Assembly: GCF_017876815.1 (NCBI RefSeq)
Contig: NZ_JAGIOS010000001.1
Coordinates: 1,020,001-1,052,000, forward strand
DNA from: Sinorhizobium meliloti
GTDB taxonomy: Bacteria > Pseudomonadota > Alphaproteobacteria > Rhizobiales > Rhizobiaceae
Direction of reading: 5' to 3'
Length of the DNA: 32,000 bases
The notes under the pieces were generated by a model. The model was not told the origin of the DNA, did not search any database, and saw only the letters and a list, made by a program, of their open reading frames with translations. This document shows positions 10,480 through 18,319 of the stretch, in pieces (positions within the stretch are counted from its first letter, which is position 1; each line of letters begins with the position of its first letter). The translations under genes and the position numbers were made by a program.

Positions 10480-11322
10480 ATGTCGACGACGCCGGCTGAA
10501 ACCGAGATCACGCGGATCGAAGTAGGAACGGGCGCTGCGGCGAGAAGCATCGCCATGCGTATCTTCCGCACGGGAAATCCGCCGGATATGAAAGACGGGG
10601 ATCCGCGGCGTCCGGCGCTGGTCTGGCTCGGCGGCTACCGATCGGACATGACCGGGACGAAGGCGGTGGAGGTCGAGCGGCACGCGCGCGAGGCCGGCAC
10701 CGACTGCATTCGCTTCGACTATTCCGGCCACGGCGCGTCGGACGGCGACTACAGGGACGGCACGATCTCGCGCTGGGTCGAGGAGAGTCTCGCCGTGATC
10801 GATCACGCCGCGACGGGGCGCATGATCCTGATCGGTTCCTCCATGGGCGCCTGGGTCGCGCTGCGCCTTGCCGAGAAGCTCAAAGGCGGCGCCCATCATG
10901 GAGAAGGTGGGGTCGGCCGCCTCTGCGGCCTCGTGCTGATCGCCCCGGCCCCGGACTTCACCGCCGAGCTCATCGAGCCCAATCTTACCGAGGCCGAAAG
11001 GACCTCGCTCGCCGAACGGGGTTATTTCGAAGAGCCATCGGAATACAGCCCCGAGCCCAATGTCTTCACCCGCGCGCTGATCGAGGATGGCCGCAACAAC
11101 CTCGTCATGAAAGGGCCGATCGAAACCGGCTGCCCGGTGCATATCCTCCAGGGCATGCGCGATCCGGACGTCCCCTACACGCATGCCCTCAAGCTGATGG
11201 AGCACATGCCGGCCGACGACGTCGTCATGACCCTGATCCGCGACGGCGACCACCGGTTGTCCCGCGAGGAGGACATTGCCAAATTGAAACAGGCGATCGA
11301 CGCCATGCTGACCAAAGCCTGA
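10480..11322 (+). CDS. Alpha/beta hydrolase
   Basis: 280 aa, nucleophile elbow GSSMG, HG box (FDYSGHGASDG), C-terminal DH (RDGDHRL). AGGAG lies upstream of the ATG. Confidence 0.85.
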   Translation: MSTTPAETEITRIEVGTGAAARSIAMRIFRTGNPPDMKDGDPRRPALVWLGGYRSDMTGTKAVEVERHAREAGTDCIRFDYSGHGASDGDYRDGTISRWVEESLAVIDHAATGRMILIGSSMGAWVALRLAEKLKGGAHHGEGGVGRLCGLVLIAPAPDFTAELIEPNLTEAERTSLAERGYFEEPSEYSPEPNVFTRALIEDGRNNLVMKGPIETGCPVHILQGMRDPDVPYTHALKLMEHMPADDVVMTLIRDGDHRLSREEDIAKLKQAIDAMLTKA

Positions 11323-11485
11323 GCGCTCGGTTAATCCATCCGGCCTAATCAAAGTTCCCTGAGATCGCTTCGCAAGGCACAGCCAAGCCCTTGCGCTGGC
11401 GGGCTTCTGCGTCCGCCTGCCGCGAACCTTAACCATAAAACGGACTAGTCCGAATCAGGCGATTGACTCCGACAAGCGGAGTATA

Positions 11486-11501
11486 TTAACTCTTTATTAA
11501 C
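11486..11501. promoter_or_regulatory. Candidate CtrA box TTAA-N7-TTAAC
   Basis: TTAACTCTTTATTAAC is a perfect match to the CtrA full-site consensus, in an AT-rich patch ~105 nt upstream of the BTLCP start codon. Confidence 0.45.
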
Positions 11502-11605
11502 GATTAGAGCAGCGCAGGGGAAATTCCTAATAAAGCTGTCGACAACTTTTGATTGCGCGGATCGATCCGGAAGGTACGGATGCGGGCGCGTTGCAGGGGA
11601 TCTGT

Positions 11606-12226
11606 ATGGCGTCTTGGACCGGGGTTAAGGCAAGTTTCGCAGCGCTGTGTGCGCTTTTCATTTCAACGAACACGGCAATTCCCGCACAGGCGGGAGCTAC
11701 TCCCTGGATGCAGACCGGCGCGGTGACCTCGCAGCCGATCGGGCATTACGAGTTCTGTCAGAAGTACAGGGGCGAGTGCAACGTCCGTTCGAAGGCTAAG
11801 GTGCCGCCGCGTGTCACCGCCGGCGGCTGGGCCGCCATTCGGCAGGTCAACGCCTCCGTCAACCGGCAGATCGCGCCGGTAACCGACATCGAGCTTACCG
11901 GCCGGGACGAGGTGTGGTCCTATCCGGGGAGACAGGGCGATTGCGAGGACTTCGCGCTCGAAAAGCGCAGACGCCTCATGCAGAAGGGCTTCTCCGCCGG
12001 CAACCTGCTGATGACTGTCGTGCGCAAGCCCGATGGCGAGGGCCATGCGGTGCTGACGGTCCGCACAGCTCAGGGCGACTTCATTCTCGACAATCTCGAC
12101 GATGGGGTGAGGCTGTGGACGCACACGCCCTACCGCTTCCTCAAGCGCCAGGCGACGAACCACAGCGGCCGTTGGGTCACCATCGACAATAGCGGGGAAG
12201 TGCTCGTCGGTTCCGTCGGAAACTGA
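11606..12226 (+). CDS. Secreted transglutaminase-like cysteine peptidase (BTLCP / LapG-type family)
   Basis: Signal peptide MASWTGVKASFAALCALFISTNTAIPAQA. Family motifs GDCEDFALEKRRRL (Cys), GHAVLTV (His), ILDNL (Asp). Confidence 0.88.
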   Translation: MASWTGVKASFAALCALFISTNTAIPAQAGATPWMQTGAVTSQPIGHYEFCQKYRGECNVRSKAKVPPRVTAGGWAAIRQVNASVNRQIAPVTDIELTGRDEVWSYPGRQGDCEDFALEKRRRLMQKGFSAGNLLMTVVRKPDGEGHAVLTVRTAQGDFILDNLDDGVRLWTHTPYRFLKRQATNHSGRWVTIDNSGEVLVGSVGN

Positions 12227-12248
12227 TCCTGCCGAAACAGCTCCTTTC

Positions 12249-12276
12249 AAAAAGGCCGCATCCTGCGGCCTTTTTT
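12249..12276. terminator. Bidirectional rho-independent terminator
   Basis: AAAAA-GGCCGCA-TCC-TGCGGCC-TTTTTT: an A-run and a T-run flank a 7-bp GC stem, 23 nt after the BTLCP stop. Confidence 0.8.
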
Positions 12277-12347
12277 GTTGCGTGTCGGTGAAATCGCTCG
12301 GATACCCACAAGCGGACGCTGGCGTAACGCGCACGCCTCCACAAAGC

Positions 12348-12443
12348 TCCTCATTCCTGTGCTCCTTGGGCTGACAGAACGCTTGCCGCGTCACGGACGT
12401 GGCGCTGCCGGATCTCTGTGACAAGCACAGAGAATGAGGGAGG
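12348..12443. repeat. Solo degenerate copy of the A/B hairpin repeat family of the 26.5-29.1 kb array
   Basis: CTCCTCATTCCTGTGCTC|CTTGGGCTG...GGCGCTGCCGGATCTCTGTGACAAGCACAGAGAATGAGGGAGG. Hairpin B variant TCTCTGTG-ACAAG-CACAGAGA at 12413-12433. The distal half of hairpin A is deleted. Confidence 0.8.
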
Positions 12444-12457
12444 AGCGGTTGCGGTCT

Positions 12458-13441
12458 CTAAGCATTCCCTATGACGATGCCGGCGGCAAGAACCAGCCCG
12501 CCACCGAGCACCACCTGGAAGGCGGCCCTCAGGAAGGGCGTTTCCATGTAGCGGTTCTGAATGAAGGCGATTGCCCACAGTTCGAAGAAGACGATTGCCG
12601 CCGCCGTCATTGTCGCGGTCCAGAAATGCGGAATGAGATAGGGCAGAGCGTGGCCGAGACCGCCGAGTGCCGTCATGATGCCCGAGGCAAGCCCGCGCTT
12701 GACCGGCGAGCCGCGGCCGGAAAGCTTGCCGTCATCATGCGCCGCCTCGGTGAAACCCATCGAGATGCCCGCGCCGACGGAGGCCGACAGGCCGACGAGA
12801 AAGGTCTGCCATGTATCCTGCGTGGCGAAGGCTGCGGCGAAGATCGGCGCGAGCGTCGAAACGGAGCCATCCATCAGGCCCGCGAGGCCCGGCTGCACAT
12901 AGGTGAGTATGAACTGGCGGCGTGAGGTCTCATCTTCCTCGTGGCGCACGTCGACCGGCGTATGCTTTTCGCCGAGCCGGCGGGCGAGCGATTCATGCGA
13001 CTTCTCGGCAATCGCCAGATCGCCCAAGAGCTTGCGCGTCGCCGCGTCCCGCGTGCGCGCCGCGGCCTCGACGTAAAACCGGTGCGCCGCCTCCTCCATC
13101 GCCTCGGCTTCCGCGCGCGCCTTCTCGATCGGCATCTCGGCGATCAGCCAATCGGGCTTGCGCTCCGGGAAATCACGCACGTGCTCGCGCCTAACGAGCG
13201 GGATGCGGTTGCCGAAACGGGCGACATGCAGGTCGATCAAGGCCTGACGGTGATGGCTCTCCTCCTCCGCCATTTCCTCGAAGACCCTTGCGGAATGGGG
13301 ATATTTTGCGCGCAGAGCGTCGGCATAGGCGAGATAGATGCGTCCATCGTCCTCTTCCGAGGATATGGCGAGTGCAAGGATTTCCTGTTCGCTCAAGGAC
13401 AGGAACGGGCGTTTGTAACGGGAGAAAAGTCGGGAGAGCAT
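12458..13441 (-). CDS. mbfA: Membrane-bound ferritin-like iron exporter (N-terminal erythrin/rubrerythrin-like domain + C-terminal VIT1/CCC1 domain)
   Basis: N-terminal domain with EExxH-type motifs (EEMAEEESHHRQ, AIAEKSHE). C-terminal TM domain ...GLMDGSVSTLAPIFAAAF...GISMGFTEA... ATG at 13441 is preceded by GAAGG (the track start is the adjacent GTG at 13444). An ICE box lies immediately upstream. Confidence 0.88.
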   Translation of the reverse strand: MLSRLFSRYKRPFLSLSEQEILALAISSEEDDGRIYLAYADALRAKYPHSARVFEEMAEEESHHRQALIDLHVARFGNRIPLVRREHVRDFPERKPDWLIAEMPIEKARAEAEAMEEAAHRFYVEAAARTRDAATRKLLGDLAIAEKSHESLARRLGEKHTPVDVRHEEDETSRRQFILTYVQPGLAGLMDGSVSTLAPIFAAAFATQDTWQTFLVGLSASVGAGISMGFTEAAHDDGKLSGRGSPVKRGLASGIMTALGGLGHALPYLIPHFWTATMTAAAIVFFELWAIAFIQNRYMETPFLRAAFQVVLGGGLVLAAGIVIGNA

Positions 13442-13453
13442 CACGAAGCCTTC

Positions 13454-13470
13454 TTTAGAATAATTCTAAT
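13454..13470. promoter_or_regulatory. Irr-binding iron control element (ICE box)
   Basis: TTTAGAA-TAA-TTCTAAT versus the ICE consensus TTTAGAA-N3-TTCTAAA (13 of 14 half-site positions), 13 nt upstream of the mbfA start codon. mbfA is a known Irr target in Bradyrhizobium and Agrobacterium. Confidence 0.8.
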
Positions 13471-13558
13471 TAGGCGCCGATTCATGACGCGTCAAGGCGG
13501 CGGATCGGCGGCACCGCGTCTTCTTCGACGGTGCCCGAACTATATGATCTGCGTCCGC

Positions 13559-13700
13559 AACCCCTCCCCAACCCCTCCCCACAAGGGCCACAAGGGGGAG
13601 GGGCTTCCCCGCGGCACTCTCCGCGCCAAAACGATGGCGACGCGGTGACGGTAAGGCAAGTTAAGCCCCTCCCCCTTGTGGGGAGGGGTTGGGGAGGGGT
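13559..13700. repeat. Nested palindromic C4/G4-tract repeat element
   Basis: Left CCCCTCCCCAACCCCTCCCCACAAGGG (13561-13587) is the inverted complement of right CCCTTGTGGGGAGGGGTTGGGGAGGGG (13673-13699). Inner hairpins at 13572-13603 and 13667-13688 (CCCCTCCCC / GGGGAGGGG). Confidence 0.85.
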
Positions 13701-13715
13701 AAGCCTGGGGTTGAG

Positions 13716-14957
13716 TTAAACCGCCAGATCGAGCGCCTTTTCCTTTTCGATATAGGTGCGCTGCAGATCGGTGACGTAGTCGCGAACGATCGGCGCCGCG
13801 TCTCGTGAACGCGACAGCTGCATATGGAAGACGAGCTGGCTGCCGGTGCGGAACATCATTTCCGCGCTGATCAGGTAGAACTCCCACATGCGGGCGAAGC
13901 GCTCGTCGTACATCGCCACCACCTTGTCGCGATTCTCATCGAAGCGCGCGCCCCAATGGGCGAGCGTCGTCGCATAGTGCACGCGCAGGAATTCGAGATC
14001 GGTCACCCACAGGCTGTTGCGTTCGACCACCTCGAAGACCTCCGACAGTGCCGGGGAATAGGCGCCGGGGAAGATATATTTCCGCAGCCAGGCGCTTGCC
14101 ATGCCGGGCGGGCTCATATGGCCGATCGAATGGAGCACGGCCAGCCCGTCATCCGGCATCAGCGCATTCAGTTTCTTGAAGAACTCGTCGTAGTGATGGA
14201 CGCCGACATGCTCGAACATGCCGACCGAAACGATCCGGTCGAACGGCCCCTCGACATCGCGATAGTCCTTGAGCTCAAAGCGCACGCGGTCGGCCATTCC
14301 GGCCGCACGTGCCCGCTCGGAGGCGAGCGCCTGCTGTTCCCTGGAAAGCGTGACACCCAGAACCTCGACGTCTTCGAGCGCGGCCAGATAGAGGGCGAGA
14401 TCGCCCCAGCCGCAGCCGATGTCGAGCACCCTCATGCCCGGCTTCAGACAGAGCTTTGCCGCAAGCAGCCGCAGCTTGTTGCGCTGCGCAGCCTCCAGCG
14501 TCTCGTCCGGCTCGCGGAAATAGGCGCAGGAATAGAGCATGTTCTCGTCGAGGAACAGCTTGTAGAAATCATTGCCCAGATCGTAATGATGCGCGACGTT
14601 CTGCTGCGCCTTGCCCTTGGGATTGGCCTGCTGGCGCTTGCGGAAACGCATTTTCACCGCCCGCAACAGCTTCTGGATCGGATAGGAGCCGAGCGACAGG
14701 CGGTTGATCGAAAAGAGCGTCAGGAAGTCCCGCAGCGTCGAGCCTTCCTCGAACTGCATGGTCCCGTCCATATAGGCTTCACCGGCGGCCAGCTCGGCAT
14801 TGAAGACGAGGCTGCGATAGAGTCGCTTGTCGGTCAGCCGCATCGTCACGCTCGGCCCCGGCTCGCCGGCAAAGACGTGCCTCTTGCCGTCGGCATCGAT
14901 TACCGTAAGCGTCCCCTTGCGAATGAACGACTTCATCATATGCGATAGTGGAAACAT
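13716..14957 (-). CDS. cfa: Cyclopropane-fatty-acyl-phospholipid synthase family SAM-dependent methyltransferase
   Basis: ...AHHYDLGNDFYKLFLDENMLYSCAYF...LDIGCGWGDLALYLA...FDRIVSVGMFEHVG... Start is ambiguous: ATG at 14957 chosen; alternatives are GTG 14969 (track) and ATG 14939/14936 (MMKSFIRKG...). Confidence 0.9.
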   Translation of the reverse strand: MFPLSHMMKSFIRKGTLTVIDADGKRHVFAGEPGPSVTMRLTDKRLYRSLVFNAELAAGEAYMDGTMQFEEGSTLRDFLTLFSINRLSLGSYPIQKLLRAVKMRFRKRQQANPKGKAQQNVAHHYDLGNDFYKLFLDENMLYSCAYFREPDETLEAAQRNKLRLLAAKLCLKPGMRVLDIGCGWGDLALYLAALEDVEVLGVTLSREQQALASERARAAGMADRVRFELKDYRDVEGPFDRIVSVGMFEHVGVHHYDEFFKKLNALMPDDGLAVLHSIGHMSPPGMASAWLRKYIFPGAYSPALSEVFEVVERNSLWVTDLEFLRVHYATTLAHWGARFDENRDKVVAMYDERFARMWEFYLISAEMMFRTGSQLVFHMQLSRSRDAAPIVRDYVTDLQRTYIEKEKALDLAV

Positions 14958-14994
14958 GCAGTGCCGCACCTCTCATCCCGATCCAGAGGGCGGC

Positions 14995-15090
14995 ATCCTA
15001 AAGCACATCCAGGAAAAATGTGTAGCGGTTTTCCGTGCGGACGTGCGTCGTTTCAACGTGCTGGAGCGTTTATGAAATGCGGGCCGGATT
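14995..15090. repeat. Interspersed repeat module F, second full copy
   Basis: AAGCACATCCAGGAAAAATGTGTAGCGGTTTTCCGTGCGGACGTGCGTCGTTTCAACG... aligns with 612-690, in the same orientation and the same position (immediately 5' of a minus-strand start codon). Confidence 0.75.
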
Positions 15091-15103
15091 TGCGGCTACG
15101 CAC

Positions 15104-15149
15104 GGGAAACGAAAACGGGGACGGCAGTCAAAGACTGCCGTCCCCGTTT
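15104..15149 (-). terminator. Rho-independent terminator of efp
   Basis: Perfect 17-bp stem AAACGGGGACGGCAGTC-AAA-GACTGCCGTCCCCGTTT (15113-15149). On the minus strand it is followed by TTTTCGTTTCC. 20 nt after the efp stop. Confidence 0.9.
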
Positions 15150-15169
15150 CGACTTCTGCCCGGACCAGA

Positions 15170-15739
15170 TCAGTCCTTGGCGCGCTCGACATAGGAGCCG
15201 TCTTCCGTCGCAATGACGACGCGGGTGCCAGCCTGGATGTGCGGCGGCACCAGGGTACGAACCCCGTTCGAAAGCACGGCCGGCTTGTAGGAGGAGGAGG
15301 CCGTCTGGCCCTTGACGACCGGCTCGGTCTCGGTGATTTCGAGAGTGACGTGGCGCGGCAGGTCGATGGCGATGGCAATGCCTTCGTGGATCGACAGCAT
15401 CACGGCCATGCCTTCCTGAAGATAGGCCTTCAGGTCGCCGATGTCTTCGGAGCTCATGACGAGCTGGTCGTAGGTTTCCGGGTTCATGAAGTGGAAGCCT
15501 TCGCCATCTTCATAAAGGAAGGTGTGCTCGCGGTCTTCGACGAAGGCGCGCTCGACCTGCTCGGTCGTGCGGTAGCGCTCGGAGACCTTCACGCCGTCGG
15601 AGATGCGGCGCATGTCGACCTGCGTGACCGGCGTGCCCTTGCCCGGATGGAAGTTCTGCGCGGTGAGCACGACATAGAGTTTGCCGTCGACGTCGAGAAC
15701 GTTGCCCTTGCGGACCGAAGAAGCGATGACCTTGACCAT
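15170..15739 (-). CDS. efp: Elongation factor P
   Basis: Track ORF trimmed to the ATG at 15739: [45 protein letters not shown]..., 189 aa, with the modifiable Lys at position 34 in the PGKG loop. Confidence 0.96.
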   Translation of the reverse strand: MVKVIASSVRKGNVLDVDGKLYVVLTAQNFHPGKGTPVTQVDMRRISDGVKVSERYRTTEQVERAFVEDREHTFLYEDGEGFHFMNPETYDQLVMSSEDIGDLKAYLQEGMAVMLSIHEGIAIAIDLPRHVTLEITETEPVVKGQTASSSYKPAVLSNGVRTLVPPHIQAGTRVVIATEDGSYVERAKD

Positions 15740-15900
15740 TAGTCTTCCTTGTAACAGAGGTATCAGCGACACGAGCGGGCCGGAGATCGGCCCGGAAGGG
15801 ACGCGAAAATTCAGTTTTCGCGCCGCCACTATCCTAATTTCGCGCAAATAGCCAGCCTGAGCGGGCATTCGCGCGGAAGAAAGCCTGGACCGAACCGACC

Positions 15901-16953
15901 ATGCCGCATGCTTCTCCCTGGTGGACTCCCGACGTCCATGCCGACCGGCGCCCCTTCCTGATCGGGCGCAACCGCATCCAGTCGGCGCTCCGCCGGTTCT
16001 TCGACGAACGCGACTTCATCGAGGTCGACACGGCAGCGCTGCAGGTGTCGCCGGGCAACGAGGCGCATCTGCATGCCTTTGCGACCGAGGCGCTTGGGCT
16101 CGACGGCTCCGTCCAGCCGCTCTATCTCCACACCTCGCCCGAATTCGCCTGCAAGAAGCTCATCGCCGCCGGCGAGCGGCGCATCGCCTGTTTCGCCCAT
16201 GTCTACCGCAACCGCGAGCGGGGCCCGCTGCATCATCCGGAATTCACCATGCTCGAATGGTACCGCGCCGAGGAGGGCTACGAGACGCTGATGCACGACT
16301 GCGGCGAGATTCTCGCGCTCGCCGCCGAGACAGTCGCCGCTCGGTCCCTCGTCTATCAGGGGCATGAATGCGATCCTTTCGCCGAGCCGGAGCGGCTCTC
16401 CGTCGCCGAGGCCTTCGCGCGCTTCGCGGGGCTCGACCTCCTCGCCTCGGTCCAGGAAGACGGCTCCACCGACCGCGAGAGCCTGGCGGCGGCCATGCGG
16501 GAGGCGGGCTTGCGTGTCGCCGGAGACGATAGCTGGGCCGATCTCTTCAGCCGTGTGCTCGTCGAAAGGATCGAGCCCAATCTCGGCTTCGGGCGCGCCA
16601 CGATCCTCGACGAATATCCGGTTGCCGAGGCAGCGCTTGCCCGGCCTGCAGCCGCAGACCCTCGCGTGGCAGAGCGTTTCGAGCTCTATGCCTGCGGCGT
16701 CGAACTCGCAAATGCCTTCGGTGAATTGACCGATGCCGCCGAGCAGCGCCGCCGGTTCGAACTGGAAATGGCGGAGAAGGCGCGGGTCTACGGCGAGACC
16801 TACCCGATAGACGAGGATTTCCTCGCGGCGCTCGCCGGCATGCCCGAGGCGAGCGGCATCGCACTCGGCTTCGACCGGCTGGTCATGCTGGCAACGGGCG
16901 CATCCCGCATCGATCAGGTCCTTTGGGCCCCGGTCGCGGAGGCCACGCCATGA
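15901..16953 (+). CDS. epmA: EF-P--(R)-beta-lysine ligase (PoxA/GenX, LysRS-like class II core without anticodon domain)
   Basis: 350 aa with class II motifs (...[20 protein letters not shown]..., ...[15 protein letters not shown]...). Divergent from efp and overlaps epmB. Confidence 0.9.
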   Translation: MPHASPWWTPDVHADRRPFLIGRNRIQSALRRFFDERDFIEVDTAALQVSPGNEAHLHAFATEALGLDGSVQPLYLHTSPEFACKKLIAAGERRIACFAHVYRNRERGPLHHPEFTMLEWYRAEEGYETLMHDCGEILALAAETVAARSLVYQGHECDPFAEPERLSVAEAFARFAGLDLLASVQEDGSTDRESLAAAMREAGLRVAGDDSWADLFSRVLVERIEPNLGFGRATILDEYPVAEAALARPAAADPRVAERFELYACGVELANAFGELTDAAEQRRRFELEMAEKARVYGETYPIDEDFLAALAGMPEASGIALGFDRLVMLATGASRIDQVLWAPVAEATP

Positions 16954-18002
16954 CCGCGGAACGCGCCATCAGAACAGCGCGTGAGCTCGCCGACGCCGGT
17001 CTGGTCGGTCGAGAGCAGGAAGAGGCGATCTCCCGGGTCGCGTCCCGCTACGCCGTCGCCATCAGCCCGACGATCGCGCGCCTGGTCGACCGGGACGATC
17101 CGAACGACCCGATTGCGCGGCAGTTCGTGCCCGACATGGCCGAACTCACGCTCATGCCTGAAGAGCGTGCCGATCCGATCGGCGACGGAGCGCACAGCCC
17201 GGTTGCCGGTATCGTCCACCGCTATCCGGACCGGGTGCTCCTGAAGGCGGTTCATGTCTGCCCGGTTTACTGCCGCTTCTGTTTCCGCCGCGAAATGGTC
17301 GGCCCCGAGGGTCTCGGCACGCTCACGCCCGCGGAACTCGATGCGGCGCTCGCCTATATCGCCGGGCGCCCGGAAATCTGGGAAGTGATCCTGACCGGCG
17401 GCGATCCGCTGGTGCTCTCGCCCCGGCGGCTCGGCGATATCATGGTGCGGCTCGCAGAAATCGACCATGTCAAGGTCGTGCGCTTCCACACGCGCGTGCC
17501 GGTGGTCGAGCCGGACCGGGTGGATGCGGGGCTGATCGCCGCTTTGAAGAGCAGCGGCAAGGCGACCTATGTGGCGCTTCATGCCAACCATCCGCGGGAA
17601 CTCACCGCCGAGGCCCGCGCCGCCGCCGCGCGGCTGATCGATGCGGGCATCGTCATGGTGAGCCAGTCGGTGCTGCTGAAAGGCGTCAATGACGATCCGG
17701 ACGTGCTCGCCGCACTGATGCGCGCCTTCGTCGAGACACGGATCAAGCCCTATTACCTGCACCATCCGGATCTTGCGCCCGGCACCGGCCATTTCCGGCT
17801 GTCCATCGAGGAGGGCCAGGCGCTCGTCGCCTCGCTGCGCGGACGTGTGTCCGGCCTCTGCCAGCCCGCCTACATCCTCGACATTCCCGGGGGCCACGGC
17901 AAGGCCGTCGTCAGCGCCGGCGCGATCGAGGCGGAGGGCGGCGGCTGCTACACGGTCACCGACTTCCGCGGAAACAGGCACGACTATCCGCCGAAGGGGT
18001 GA
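16950..18002 (+). CDS. epmB: EF-P beta-lysylation protein EpmB (lysine 2,3-aminomutase, radical SAM)
   Basis: Radical-SAM CPVYCRFCFRR motif with KamA/YjeK-like sequence throughout. ATG at 16950 overlaps the epmA stop (ATGA, 16950-16953), so I trimmed the track start at 16923. Confidence 0.9.
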   Translation: MTAERAIRTARELADAGLVGREQEEAISRVASRYAVAISPTIARLVDRDDPNDPIARQFVPDMAELTLMPEERADPIGDGAHSPVAGIVHRYPDRVLLKAVHVCPVYCRFCFRREMVGPEGLGTLTPAELDAALAYIAGRPEIWEVILTGGDPLVLSPRRLGDIMVRLAEIDHVKVVRFHTRVPVVEPDRVDAGLIAALKSSGKATYVALHANHPRELTAEARAAAARLIDAGIVMVSQSVLLKGVNDDPDVLAALMRAFVETRIKPYYLHHPDLAPGTGHFRLSIEEGQALVASLRGRVSGLCQPAYILDIPGGHGKAVVSAGAIEAEGGGCYTVTDFRGNRHDYPPKG

Positions 18003-18012
18003 CGCAGCATCG

Positions 18013-18253
18013 CCCCTCATCCGGCTGCCGCCACCTTCTCCCCGCAAGCGGGGAGAAGGGACAAGGGGCACCACCTTCGCCTCCTAGACTGAGACCAGAT
18101 CACGAGGCTTTTAGGTCGGGCCGCCCTATGCGGGCGGAAAACCGCGCACACTTTTCCTCATCCCCTCTAGGTCGATCGAGGGACGGAGACGGCGCCGCGA
18201 GTCACCTTCTCCCCGTCAGCGGGGAGAAGGTGGCCGGCAGGCCGGATGAGGGG
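18013..18253. repeat. MITE-like mosaic element bounded by inverted ~47-bp hairpin modules
   Basis: 18013-18059 CCCCTCATCCGGCTGCCGCCACCTTCTCCCCGCAAGCGGGGAGAAGG, and 18205-18253 the inverted counterpart ...CCTTCTCCCCGTCAGCGGGGAGAAGGTGGCCGGCAGGCCGGATGAGGGG. The interior carries an inverted partial F-module (18120-18163). Confidence 0.85.
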
Positions 18254-18261
18254 CATTTCGG

Positions 18262-18298
18262 AAATTGAAAAGGCCGCCCGGAAAATCCGCGCGGCCTT
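18262..18298 (-). terminator. Rho-independent terminator of the OmpA-like gene
   Basis: Stem AGGCCGC/GCGGCCT (18271-18297). On the minus strand it is followed by TTTTCAATTTCC. Confidence 0.6.
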
Positions 18299-18319
18299 TC
18301 GCCATCACGTTGAAGCCGT

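Noticed and set aside
10405-11436. 343-aa minus-strand ORF
   Set aside because: Antisense to the alpha/beta hydrolase, which has the GxSxG and HG motifs. No motifs of its own.
16914-18074. 386-aa minus-strand ORF
   Set aside because: Antisense to epmB (radical-SAM CxxxCxxC on the plus strand). Its N-terminus is derived from the RIME-like repeat.
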